Source of the DNA: Calditrichia bacterium
GTDB lineage: Bacteria > Calditrichota > Calditrichia > RBG-13-44-9 > J075
Assembly: GCA_050633245.1 (NCBI GenBank)
Contig: JBOEGD010000007.1
Location: 82,196-146,195 of the forward strand
DNA: 64,000 nucleotides
Direction of reading: 5' to 3'
The notes beneath the pieces were generated by a model. That model was not told where the DNA came from and did not search any database. It saw only the letters and a program-made list of their open reading frames with translations. Position numbers and translations under genes: made by a program. The first letter of the stretch is position 1, and each line of letters starts with the position of its first letter. Below, piece by piece: positions 39,416 through 48,541 of the stretch.

Positions 39416-40570
39416 TTATCGCAAATAAAAGCTGAGGCCAAGGGTTGTCGTGAAAGCCGTTAATCCATCTGAGCGATCATACAACGCCACGCGAAATTCC
39501 ATTTTTTTGAGATTCAAATTACCCATTTTGGCTATTCGCTCCAGTGGGTAATAGCGAAACCCCAATCCGTATTTCAGACTGTTAAAACCCGAGAGATCAA
39601 AATCAGATGTATAAAACTCTGACGATGGATCATGCTGCTCAAAATCCGCAAAATAATCTGCCTCAGTCTGATTATGATAGCGCACAAAAGGCGTAACAGC
39701 AAAAGACTTGACAAATCGAATCGGCAGCTCTGCGCTAAATGTATTTGCGGTAATTCCAAAGTCATCATAGTAAAAACGATAAAAAAGACGCGTAACCAGG
39801 TATTCATTGATGTAGGTATTGAGTCTCAGACCAACAGGAATCTTTATTCGGGATTCGGGCAGCAGCTCGGTGCGGGGTAAGTTCTCTCCAGGGAAATAAA
39901 CGCGATGAAAAGGCGTCGATAGAAATCCTGTCTGATAGGCAAAATCTACATTCAACGCAGCTTGCATGCGTTGGTTAATGACCTGAGACCAGGTTGCCGA
40001 ACTGCTAAATGTTCGGCGCGCACCGCTGACGTTTTCGCCACGCAAACTACTGCGAAGCTCAATTGGGCGAATGATAGTCGCGTTGTCAAAGAAGAACTGA
40101 CTCTTCAAACTCAGTTCGCGGTTACCATCCTGCGATCCTTTCGACCAGGTAGCTCCGAAGGAGACAGAATTGTAATCGTATTCTGCAGAGCCACCTAACA
40201 ATAATCCATAGGAGCCGGTTCCATCCTGCGAACCGATGGTGTATCCAAGATTAACATAAGCCCGCGCATCCTGTCCGGACGCTCCGGAAACAACCGGATC
40301 GACATTATCCGAAGATGCGCTGGTATAAACTTCCAAACCAGTCGTTACTGCCAAGGAATGCGTATCGCGCATCGGAATCGTTACCACGATCAGCGGACCA
40401 ACATCGGTTAGCTCTTCTGTTCCCTGTCCCCCGGTTACAGCGGCATTATCACCATCCTGACTGTAATAGTTGAAGAGAAAGTCTATTTCAGTGTCCCGAG
40501 CCATATCTGTCTGAGCGAAAGCAACTGCACCTAACAGAAACAGCAATAGAGAGATCCTGCTTAATTGCAT
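39416..40570 (-). CDS. DUF3570-family outer-membrane protein, putative flavinylation substrate
   Basis: YYSQDG..VTGG.GTEEL, YTSASS..DPVVSGAS, EYDYNS, GFLSTPFHRV, YTSDFDLS; MQL start overlaps the DUF4266 end. Confidence 0.85.
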   Translation of the reverse strand: MQLSRISLLLFLLGAVAFAQTDMARDTEIDFLFNYYSQDGDNAAVTGGQGTEELTDVGPLIVVTIPMRDTHSLAVTTGLEVYTSASSDNVDPVVSGASGQDARAYVNLGYTIGSQDGTGSYGLLLGGSAEYDYNSVSFGATWSKGSQDGNRELSLKSQFFFDNATIIRPIELRSSLRGENVSGARRTFSSSATWSQVINQRMQAALNVDFAYQTGFLSTPFHRVYFPGENLPRTELLPESRIKIPVGLRLNTYINEYLVTRLFYRFYYDDFGITANTFSAELPIRFVKSFAVTPFVRYHNQTEADYFADFEQHDPSSEFYTSDFDLSGFNSLKYGLGFRYYPLERIAKMGNLNLKKMEFRVALYDRSDGLTAFTTTLGLSFYLR

Positions 40571-40785
40571 CCACATCCTCCACCTACTTTTCCACCATTT
40601 GCACCCGAGGCTCCTTCACGATAGGTTTCTATATTGTTTTCGTGAGTCTCCATTGTTGCACTGGAAAGCTTCATGTCCTCATCATTCAGTAACATTTTTT
40701 GATAAGGTTTAACCGAGGCGCAACTACTAAACATTAATGCAATGCCCGCAAAAATCAGAATACGCTTCAAAGAGATTCCTTTCAT
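40561..40785 (-). CDS. DUF4266-family small lipoprotein
   Basis: SSC lipobox, VKPYQK, YREGASG..GGGCGCN C-terminus. Confidence 0.88.
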   Translation of the reverse strand: MKGISLKRILIFAGIALMFSSCASVKPYQKMLLNDEDMKLSSATMETHENNIETYREGASGANGGKVGGGCGCN

Positions 40786-41799
40786 TTATGGTGCAGTTGT
40801 TTCTAACTCCACTTTCAGATTTTTTGAGGTATGAACCTCGTTCTGTGCGTCAATCAACAAACATTCTACCTGCTTCAGACGATTCACCAGCGCCAAGCCT
40901 TCAACTTTACCCAAGATAAACACTGATGTGGCCAAAGCATCGGCCAGTTCTGCATCCGGGCAAATTATAGTGGCGCTTTTTAGTCCGGAAACCGGCATAC
41001 CCGTTTTCGGATGAATGATATGTCCGTAACGCACACCATCAATTTCAACAAACTTCTCGTAGTTTCCGGAAGTAACAACCGCCTGATTCCGAATTGTCAG
41101 CCAGCAAAGCACTTTTTTCGAATCGTTGGGATCGGCAATTGAAATACGCCAGTCTTTACCGTCAGCTTGTTTTCCCCAAGCGAACAAATCTCCTGCTGCG
41201 TTTACAACGCCATTTTCAATACCCAGCTGCTTCATTACCTCACGAGCGCGATTTGCAGCATAGCCTTTTCCGATGGCACCGAAACCGATTTTCATTCCGG
41301 CATCGCGTAGAAAAACGCTCTTGGTTCCAGCATTCAGAACGATGTTAGTATAGCCAATTTTCGATACGGAAACCGCCATTTCTTTGGCAGAAGGCAATTC
41401 GGTCATGCTACCATCATAGCGCCATACGTTATCCATGGATGCGTAAGAAATATCAAAGACACCGTTTGTGAGTCTTGAAACCTTGATACTGCGCTGGATA
41501 AGCTGAAATAATTCAGAAGATACGGTAACAGGCTTGATACCGGCATTTCGATTTATACTACTGGTTTGCGAGGAGGGGTTCCATGATGAGATGAGGTTCT
41601 CAATACGCTCTATCTCTGCAATTCCGGCATTAATCGCGTTCCAGCTGAGCGAATCGTTTTCGGCAAGTGCAATCAGCTCAAAGCGCGTTCCCATGAGCTT
41701 CAAAATCTTGCGACTACTAGTTAATGAATCTTCCGGTTGCGCCGCTACTGCGCCACACCAAAGGATCATCATCATGTTAAGAAAGGAGCGAAAATACAC
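40786..41799 (-). CDS. apbE: FAD:protein FMN transferase
   Basis: LMGT, FDIS, GFGAIGKGYA, VVTSGNYE, YGHIIHPKTG, ADALAT. Confidence 0.93.
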   Translation of the reverse strand: MYFRSFLNMMMILWCGAVAAQPEDSLTSSRKILKLMGTRFELIALAENDSLSWNAINAGIAEIERIENLISSWNPSSQTSSINRNAGIKPVTVSSELFQLIQRSIKVSRLTNGVFDISYASMDNVWRYDGSMTELPSAKEMAVSVSKIGYTNIVLNAGTKSVFLRDAGMKIGFGAIGKGYAANRAREVMKQLGIENGVVNAAGDLFAWGKQADGKDWRISIADPNDSKKVLCWLTIRNQAVVTSGNYEKFVEIDGVRYGHIIHPKTGMPVSGLKSATIICPDAELADALATSVFILGKVEGLALVNRLKQVECLLIDAQNEVHTSKNLKVELETTAP

Positions 41800-42257
41800 T
41801 ATTTAGAGATAGCCTTTTTTATTTTGCTAATATACGCTTCCGGCGTTTCTTCGCGATAGCCGCCGAGAGTGGCGACATTCTCTTCATTCGAGTTTATCAG
41901 AACAACAAGTGGAAAAGATCCCTTCTTGTTGAAACGCTCTGCCAGACCTTCGTTGTAAGCCGTTCGTTCTGCAGAGAGCTTGTTTTTTTTCTTAGCGGGA
42001 AAGTCCAGCATAACGAGCGCCAAATTGTCTGCAGCGTAGGCTTTGAAAGCATCTGTTTCCAATACAACCTTCTTCAGCTGGATGCATGGTCGACACCAAT
42101 CCGAGCCGGAAAAATATAGCATGATGAGCTTATCGGAATCAGCAACATGTTCTTTTGCTGCTTCCAGCGTCTCAAGCCAAATCGTCGGAGCGCTTTCCTC
42201 ATCGCCTGCCAACATCGGCAAGGCGAGAAGTAAGATCAAAAAGATAATTTTGTTCAT
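41799..42257 (-). CDS. Exported thioredoxin-family protein
   Basis: Signal peptide, FSGSDWCRPC, LDFP, GSFP cis-Pro loop. Confidence 0.88.
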   Translation of the reverse strand: MNKIIFLILLLALPMLAGDEESAPTIWLETLEAAKEHVADSDKLIMLYFSGSDWCRPCIQLKKVVLETDAFKAYAADNLALVMLDFPAKKKNKLSAERTAYNEGLAERFNKKGSFPLVVLINSNEENVATLGGYREETPEAYISKIKKAISK

Positions 42258-42338
42258 CAGTTCTCTTTCGTCAAAATTTGATATAATTCGAGTTCTAAGT
42301 GCTAAGACAATATTATTTGACACTATCGTGTAAACTTG

Positions 42339-42459
42339 GTCAGGCTGAGCCCTTCGGCTTCGCTCAGGACAGGCTCTGTCGAAGCCCTATTGAGAGCTTA
42401 TTAGTCTCTCGACTTCGCTCGAGGTGACAAAACCGGAATGTCTAACAGATCTGTCCATC
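42339..42459 (+). repeat. Dispersed 121-bp palindromic element, copy 2
   Basis: Same length and orientation as 37023-37143; exact shared core aggctctgtcgaagccctattgagagctt. Confidence 0.88.
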
Positions 42460-42462
42460 TTC

Positions 42463-42861
42463 TCAATTATTCAGCGCACCATTCTCAATCCACACTTTAA
42501 TAGAATCGGTAATTTCAGTGGATAACTGAGCTTCTCCACGGGGCATAATGGAGCCCTCAATATCGCCACCGACCAGCTTTAGAAACAGGTAGCTTTCTGA
42601 AGGATTGTTCGGCTCAACCTGCTCGAAGCCTTCAGAACTTCCCACGTTTACTAAGCTTGCAAAAGAACTACCGGACGTCAGGTTAGGGCGCTCATCGCCA
42701 TTATGGCAACCGCTTAATGCACAGGAGCGGTCAAAAACATTTACTTGAATAGAGGAGAGGGTGGCATTGGGCACCCTGGCTTCCTGGAAGTCATTACCAT
42801 CTTCGGAACAAGCACTTAGGGCGATCAAAAATAAAATGGAAAAGATAAAGCGTGCAGCCAT
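42463..42861 (-). CDS. Lipoprotein, putative c-type cytochrome with CX4CH motif
   Basis: LSAC lipobox, SCALSGCH, P.N..ESYL..KL, GSIMP, I..WIENGA; RBS aaggag. Confidence 0.65.
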   Translation of the reverse strand: MAARFIFSILFLIALSACSEDGNDFQEARVPNATLSSIQVNVFDRSCALSGCHNGDERPNLTSGSSFASLVNVGSSEGFEQVEPNNPSESYLFLKLVGGDIEGSIMPRGEAQLSTEITDSIKVWIENGALNN

Positions 42862-42972
42862 TGGAAATCTCCTTGGTTCAGTCATTGATAAGACCGATAG
42901 ACGGGCGCGATATTCCGATCAGTTATCACTTCTATCCAGATCAGTCTATACTTGTTCCGTAAAAATAGGTAA

Positions 42973-43620
42973 TTATACTTCCATGGGAAGGACGTAGCGC
43001 AAGATTGCAATAAAATGAAAAAAAGAACCGGCCATGACAAACAGGTGCCAAATTGCATGATGATAGCGCAAACTTCGCCACGAGTAGAAGAGAACGCCAC
43101 AAGTATATGTAAGTCCGCCAATCACCAGCCATGCAATGCCGTTTGGATGAATCGTCTGCATCATTTCGCTCATCACCAGCAGACTTAGCCAGCCCATTGC
43201 GATATACAGAGCGGTGGACATACGACGAAAGCGTCCAATAAAAAACACCTTGAATACAATTCCCGCCAAAGCAAGCGACCAGATGATTATCAGAAGTGGC
43301 CATCCCCAGCTCTCGCGCATGTTGACCAACAGAAAAGGCGTATACGTACCGGCAATCAGTAAATAAATTCCGCAGTGGTCCAACAGCTTTAGCACATCGC
43401 GCTTCTCCCAGTTCAGTAAACTGTGATAGAGCGTTGACGCAAGATACAAAATGGTGAGTGTGGCGCCATAGATACTAAAGCTCACAACACGCCATACATC
43501 GCCATACATAGATGCCAGCATGACCAATGCGGTAAGCGCCGCAATGCTAAGCGCTGTGGCGATGCCATGCGTAATGCTATTTGCGAGTTCTTCACGGAAA
43601 TGATAGATACGGTCAGACAT
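42973..43620 (-). CDS. trhA: Hemolysin III / PAQR-family membrane protein
   Basis: EELANSITHG, STLYH, LDHCGIYLLIAGTYTPF, HAIWHLFV. Confidence 0.9.
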   Translation of the reverse strand: MSDRIYHFREELANSITHGIATALSIAALTALVMLASMYGDVWRVVSFSIYGATLTILYLASTLYHSLLNWEKRDVLKLLDHCGIYLLIAGTYTPFLLVNMRESWGWPLLIIIWSLALAGIVFKVFFIGRFRRMSTALYIAMGWLSLLVMSEMMQTIHPNGIAWLVIGGLTYTCGVLFYSWRSLRYHHAIWHLFVMAGSFFHFIAILRYVLPMEV

Positions 43621-43651
43621 AATCGGAGCTGTCTTTTTAGGCTGTATGTGC

Positions 43652-43677
43652 CAACCCACGACTAAAGTCGTGGGTTG
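43652..43677. repeat. REP-like perfect palindrome
   Basis: caacccacgactaaagtcgtgggttg; 17/20 degenerate copy at 57931-57950. Confidence 0.75.
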
Positions 43678-43724
43678 AGCATATATCGCAGGTTAATACA
43701 ACGAATCAGATTTGTACGTGCTTG

Positions 43725-44315
43725 CTAGCGAACACGCTTGATGCTACAACCAAATGCATTGGTTTTTGCTTCTCCAACGACTTTTGCTGCCAGCAGTGCA
43801 TCGAGTGCAAGACGCAGATCGCTCTGTTTTACGTACGATGCTTTTTGCGAGTCATCAATGCGCCCGTGATATTGAATGGTCTGCGACTTGTCCAGCAAAA
43901 CGACCTCTGGGGTTACAGACGCATCAAAACTATCTGCCACCTTGTTGCCAACGTCCTGCAACACCGGAAAAGTAAACCCGTTCTTTGTCGCGTGCTTCTT
44001 AATACCCGGCATTTTCTCATTGCGATTGGAATTGATGCCAATAAAGGCCACGCCTTTTGCAGCATAATCATTTGCCAGTGCAACAATACGCTCATTATAC
44101 GCATTCGAAACCGGACAGCGTGTTGAAAGGAATATCAGCACCACGGCATTTTTATCACTATAATCGCTTAGGGAATGGGATTTTCCGTCGCTGCCGGGCA
44201 GCATAAAACCAGTGGCTTTCGAACCTATTTCTGCCACTCCCATGAACAGAAACGCTGCGCTTAACAGCAGTCCTGTAAGCGTCAAAAGTTTTGTCATTTT
44301 CATCCTATTCTTCAT
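43725..44315 (-). CDS. Exported AhpC/TSA-redoxin thioredoxin-fold protein
   Basis: RBS aggagg, SLSDY, RCPVS (CxxS), IGINSN, FPVLQD, TPE, YHGRIDD, FGCSIKR. Confidence 0.85.
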   Translation of the reverse strand: MKNRMKMTKLLTLTGLLLSAAFLFMGVAEIGSKATGFMLPGSDGKSHSLSDYSDKNAVVLIFLSTRCPVSNAYNERIVALANDYAAKGVAFIGINSNRNEKMPGIKKHATKNGFTFPVLQDVGNKVADSFDASVTPEVVLLDKSQTIQYHGRIDDSQKASYVKQSDLRLALDALLAAKVVGEAKTNAFGCSIKRVR

Positions 44316-44395
44316 GATCTACCTCCTTTTGCCTAAAATATAGGCATTGTGCTTCTCAATATCTATAACCTACATCAATTTAGACCGGTTCCACA

Positions 44396-44527
44396 GAAAA
44401 AAGTAACAGTCTTTCGCGGGTTACCCCGTGAAAGACAGACCGCTACGCTGACAGGTCGCTCCTTCCGAAGTATCGGGATCGCTGTCAGAACACAGATCGC
44501 TCTGCTGACAGACGGCTTTCAGCCGCT
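44396..44527 (-). other. Multi-hairpin structured element ending in a terminator, 3' of ndh
   Basis: Minus strand cggc-ugaaa-gccg, caga-gcga-ucug, ccga-uacu-ucgg, gucuuucacggg-guaa-cccgcgaaagac followed by uguuacuuuuuu. Confidence 0.55.
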
Positions 44528-45823
44528 CTCCCGGAACGCCGCATACTCCGTTCCCGTAATCAACCGCGCACCACGCTTGCGGGTAAAGTAGTTAGACGCC
44601 CATTGAAAGAGCACCAGCACTTTACTGTCAAAACCAATTAGATAAGCAATATGGATAAACACCCAAATCAACCAGGCGCTAAATCCGGAGAATCCCATAC
44701 TACCCAGTTGAGCAACAGCAGCATTACGACCAATTACCGCCATGCTGCCTTTGTCGAAATAACGAAAGGGTTTGGGTAGCGGACGATCCTCTTGCCGCTT
44801 AAGAACAAGTTTAGCGACATATTCTCCCTGCTGCATTGCAACCTGGGCTACTCCGGGTAAAGGACTATCACCCTGATGCGAGAAATTTGCCATATCGCCA
44901 ATGACAAAAACACTGTCGTGGCCTTTGATGGCTAAGTTTGACTCTATCATTACCCTGCCGCCGCGATCAAGTTCAGCATGAAAGCGATCGGCGAGAACCG
45001 TAGCAAGTGCCGATGGTTTAACACCGGCACCCCAAAGCACAGTGTGGCAGGGAATTATTTCCTCTGAGTTAGCAGATTTCACCGTTACATAGTCTTCCTG
45101 AATATCGAGCACCGGCGTATTAAGACGCACATCGACGCCCAATTTTTCAAGGGATTTCATGGCTTTTGTTGCAAGTTTTTCCGGATAACCATTAAGAATC
45201 TGTCCACCCGCTTCAACCAGCACGATGCGGGCCTCATTGGTATGAATGGATTGAAAGTCATCTTTCAGGGTAAACGAGGCCAGCTCCCCCATCGCCCCTG
45301 CCAGTTCTACTCCGGTTGGTCCGCCACCAACAACCACAAAGCTCATCAGCGCAGCGCGTTCTTCCGGATCTTCTGATTGTTCAGCTGCCTCGAAGGCCTG
45401 AAAAATCCGCTGACGCATTTCGAGCGCATCCTCAATGGTTTTTATCCCCGGAGCCTTTTCTTCCCACTGATCATTTCCAAAATAGTGATGTCGTGCTCCA
45501 GCGGCGACCAGCAACGTGTCATAATAGAACTCCTGCTCCCCTGCCAAAACCAACTGCCTGTCCGCATCAATATCTTCCACCTGAGCCATCACCACGTCGA
45601 TATTCTTGTAGCGATTCAATACGGCACGTAAAGGCGATGCTATATCACCGGGAGATAAGCCACCTGTTGCAACCTGGTAAAGCAAAGGTTGAAACAGGTG
45701 AAAGTTGCGGCGATCAATCAACGTTACCTGAACATCTTTTTTGCCAAATGCCCGGGCAGCATATAAGCCACCGAATCCACCGCCGATAATGACCACCTGG
45801 TGTTTATTCTTTGAGTTTTGCAT
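44519..45823 (-). CDS. ndh: Type II NADH:quinone oxidoreductase
   Basis: IIGGGFGG, FQPLLYQVATG, VVGGGPTGVELAG, IGD, QVAMQQG, YFDKGSMAVIGR. Confidence 0.9.
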   Translation of the reverse strand: MQNSKNKHQVVIIGGGFGGLYAARAFGKKDVQVTLIDRRNFHLFQPLLYQVATGGLSPGDIASPLRAVLNRYKNIDVVMAQVEDIDADRQLVLAGEQEFYYDTLLVAAGARHHYFGNDQWEEKAPGIKTIEDALEMRQRIFQAFEAAEQSEDPEERAALMSFVVVGGGPTGVELAGAMGELASFTLKDDFQSIHTNEARIVLVEAGGQILNGYPEKLATKAMKSLEKLGVDVRLNTPVLDIQEDYVTVKSANSEEIIPCHTVLWGAGVKPSALATVLADRFHAELDRGGRVMIESNLAIKGHDSVFVIGDMANFSHQGDSPLPGVAQVAMQQGEYVAKLVLKRQEDRPLPKPFRYFDKGSMAVIGRNAAVAQLGSMGFSGFSAWLIWVFIHIAYLIGFDSKVLVLFQWASNYFTRKRGARLITGTEYAAFRESG

Positions 45824-45976
45824 CTTACTTCTCCCCTACGCGTATTTCTATAATAGTTGGCCAAAACTCTTGTTATTTTTTTCACAAATACGCTTTTAAC
45901 ACTCAAATGTTTCAAAACTAATTTTCATGGCCTATATTAGATGCCGCTTTATAACAATTGTTACCCAGGAGGCTTC

Positions 45977-48541
45977 GTGCAAGCAGTATTTTCTATTCAC
46001 CGTATCGTAATTCTTTTGCTTTTGTTTATGCTGACCCAACTTTTAGCACAGGAAAAGGAGCAAAGTCCAATGGCTCTGAATAGCTGGCTTATAACCGAAT
46101 CCGCACCAATTCCAGTTCCGGCATTCCAGGAAGATCCGGCCGAGATAAAAGAACTATTGAACTCCGGCGCGCTGGACTGGCAATCGCTTCAGCCAAAATC
46201 AGGCGCAACACTTAGCTGGAATGGAAACAATGAGTCTTCCTGGCGAGTTCAAAACGCCGAGACACTGACCTTTGCATCTTCTAAAAGTGCTCTCCCCCAG
46301 CAGGCACTTGCCGCCTGTTACGTCCAGGTTGAAAAGTTTACCAAGCTGAAAGTCACTCTGGAAAGTGCGCATCTGCTCCAGCTTTTTCTAAACGGGAGCT
46401 CTGTTGCAACAAAAGAGTCCAGCGAAAGCGAAGATGAATCGGGGAAATTAACGCACACACTTTCGTTGGAGACTGGTAAGCATGTGTTGATTATTCGCAC
46501 GCTGCGCGATCCGGCGAACAGCAAAGCCTGGTCAATAAAAACGACGGTCGATCACTCCGATGTCACCGTCAGCCTTTCACCGGAAACACCGTTTAACATA
46601 CAGCAGTTGTTGAGCAGCCCCCTAATAAGCGGAATTTCTATTTCTCCTGATGGATCGACGGCCGCAGTGAACTTAAGACAGGTTATTGGCGATGAGAAGC
46701 GCGAAAGCTGGTTGGAGCTGCGCAGCACTAAAACGGGAAGACTACTCAACTCTTATCGTGGGTTCGCTTCACTGGGCGGTATCAACTGGGCACCGATCGG
46801 CAAACGCTTCATTTACACCTCTCGAAGCGATGGCAAGGCAACGGTTTGGCTGGTCGATCTTTCCAAGGGCAGCAGTAGAGCACTCATGCGGGATGTGGAA
46901 CACTTTCGAAGCTATAGCTGGTCACCTGACGGCAGCTATATTATCTACTCAATTACCCAAAAAGCCAAGAAAGATGACCGCGGTGTGCATAAGCTTTCCA
47001 CGCCACGAGACCGATGGCCAAACTTTCAGGATCGCAACTTTTTATATAAACTCGATATTGCTTCCGGTCAAAAGCAGCAGCTTACCAGTGGCAAGCACAG
47101 CACAAATCTGTATGCAATTCATCCGCAGAAACAGACGCTGCTGATTGGTCAAACCACCGATGACTTTGCAAATCGCCCGTATACCAAAACCACTCTCAAA
47201 CTTTTAACGCTCGCAGATCTATCGGTTGAAGAAATCGTCGATGTTCGCTGGATGAATCAGGCATCGTGGTCGCCGGATGGCAAGAAGCTGGTACTGACTG
47301 GTGGCCCAAATCTGTTTGGCGATATTGGCGTGAATGTTCGCGAAGGACAAATTCCGAACGATTACGATACTCAAGCATATCTCTACGATTTGAACAAGAA
47401 AAAAGCGACTGCACTAACGCGCACGTTTAATCCATCTCTTAATTCAGTTAGGTGGAAAGACAATAATTCGCTTCTGATGAGTGTTACTGAAGGTGAGTAT
47501 GCACCAATTTATTCGTACAACCTTGCGCGAAAGTCATTTAAGAAACTGAAGACTGGTGTGGACGTCGTGAGTTCCTTCGATGTCTCTACAGATGGCAAAA
47601 TGATAGCTCTTTATGGCAGCGGCGTTACAAGTCCGCCAAAAGCATTTGTAGTCGACACTAAAAAGAACCAGCCTAAGCTTCTCAGCTTTCCTGCACGGCA
47701 GCAGTTTACGAATACGCGATTCGGAAATATTAAAGACTGGAGCTTTAAAAACAGCCGTGGTGACAATATTGAAGGCCGCGTGTATTATCCGCCAAATTTT
47801 GATCCGGCAAAGAAATATCCGGCCATTGTGTATTATTACGGCGGAACCGTTCCGGTCTCCCGCTCTTTTGGCGGTCGCTATCCCTACAATCTATTTGCAG
47901 CGAATGGCTATGTTGTTTACGTGCTGCAACCAAGCGGTGCAATTGGCTATGGACAGAGCTTCTCGGCATATCATGTAAATGACTGGGGCAAGATAGTTGC
48001 TGATGAAATTATCAGCGGCACCAAGGCATTCCTTGCAGAACATAGCTTCGTAGACCGTAAACGAGTTGGCTGCATGGGGGCTTCTTATGGTGGATTTATG
48101 ACAATGCTGCTTACCACGCGCACCGACATTTTTGCAGGTGCAATATCGCACGCGGGAATTAGTTCGTTGTCCAGCTACTGGGGCGAAGGCTTCTGGGGTT
48201 ATCTCTATAGCGCAGTCGCAACGGCAAATAGCTTTCCCTGGAACCGACCGGATCTCTATGTCGATCAAAGTCCGCTTTTCCAGGCAGATAAAGTGACCAC
48301 TCCCCTATTGTTGCTCACCGGTGACTCCGACACCAACGTTCCGCGTGGTGAAAGCGATCAGTTCTACGTCGCTCTAAAAGTATTGGAAAAAGAGGTAGAC
48401 TATATTCGGATTGAGGGGCAGGATCATCATATTCTCGATCACAAAAAACGGATGATTTGGCAGCGCACCATCATTGCCTGGTTCGACCGCTACCTAAAAG
48501 GAGATGCTAACTGGTGGGATTCACTTTACCCGGCAGAATAA
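45977..48541 (+). CDS. Secreted S9-family peptidase with PD40 beta-propeller (GTG start inferred)
   Basis: RBS aggagg, WSPDG repeats, YYYGG, GASYGG, D.NVP, QDHH catalytic triad. Confidence 0.9.
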   Translation: MQAVFSIHRIVILLLLFMLTQLLAQEKEQSPMALNSWLITESAPIPVPAFQEDPAEIKELLNSGALDWQSLQPKSGATLSWNGNNESSWRVQNAETLTFASSKSALPQQALAACYVQVEKFTKLKVTLESAHLLQLFLNGSSVATKESSESEDESGKLTHTLSLETGKHVLIIRTLRDPANSKAWSIKTTVDHSDVTVSLSPETPFNIQQLLSSPLISGISISPDGSTAAVNLRQVIGDEKRESWLELRSTKTGRLLNSYRGFASLGGINWAPIGKRFIYTSRSDGKATVWLVDLSKGSSRALMRDVEHFRSYSWSPDGSYIIYSITQKAKKDDRGVHKLSTPRDRWPNFQDRNFLYKLDIASGQKQQLTSGKHSTNLYAIHPQKQTLLIGQTTDDFANRPYTKTTLKLLTLADLSVEEIVDVRWMNQASWSPDGKKLVLTGGPNLFGDIGVNVREGQIPNDYDTQAYLYDLNKKKATALTRTFNPSLNSVRWKDNNSLLMSVTEGEYAPIYSYNLARKSFKKLKTGVDVVSSFDVSTDGKMIALYGSGVTSPPKAFVVDTKKNQPKLLSFPARQQFTNTRFGNIKDWSFKNSRGDNIEGRVYYPPNFDPAKKYPAIVYYYGGTVPVSRSFGGRYPYNLFAANGYVVYVLQPSGAIGYGQSFSAYHVNDWGKIVADEIISGTKAFLAEHSFVDRKRVGCMGASYGGFMTMLLTTRTDIFAGAISHAGISSLSSYWGEGFWGYLYSAVATANSFPWNRPDLYVDQSPLFQADKVTTPLLLLTGDSDTNVPRGESDQFYVALKVLEKEVDYIRIEGQDHHILDHKKRMIWQRTIIAWFDRYLKGDANWWDSLYPAE

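Noticed and set aside
44500-44530. Selenocysteine readthrough at the ndh UGA
   Set aside because: NDH-2 is already full length, the position is not a redox Cys site, and the UGA is inside the hairpin loop rather than upstream of a SECIS stem
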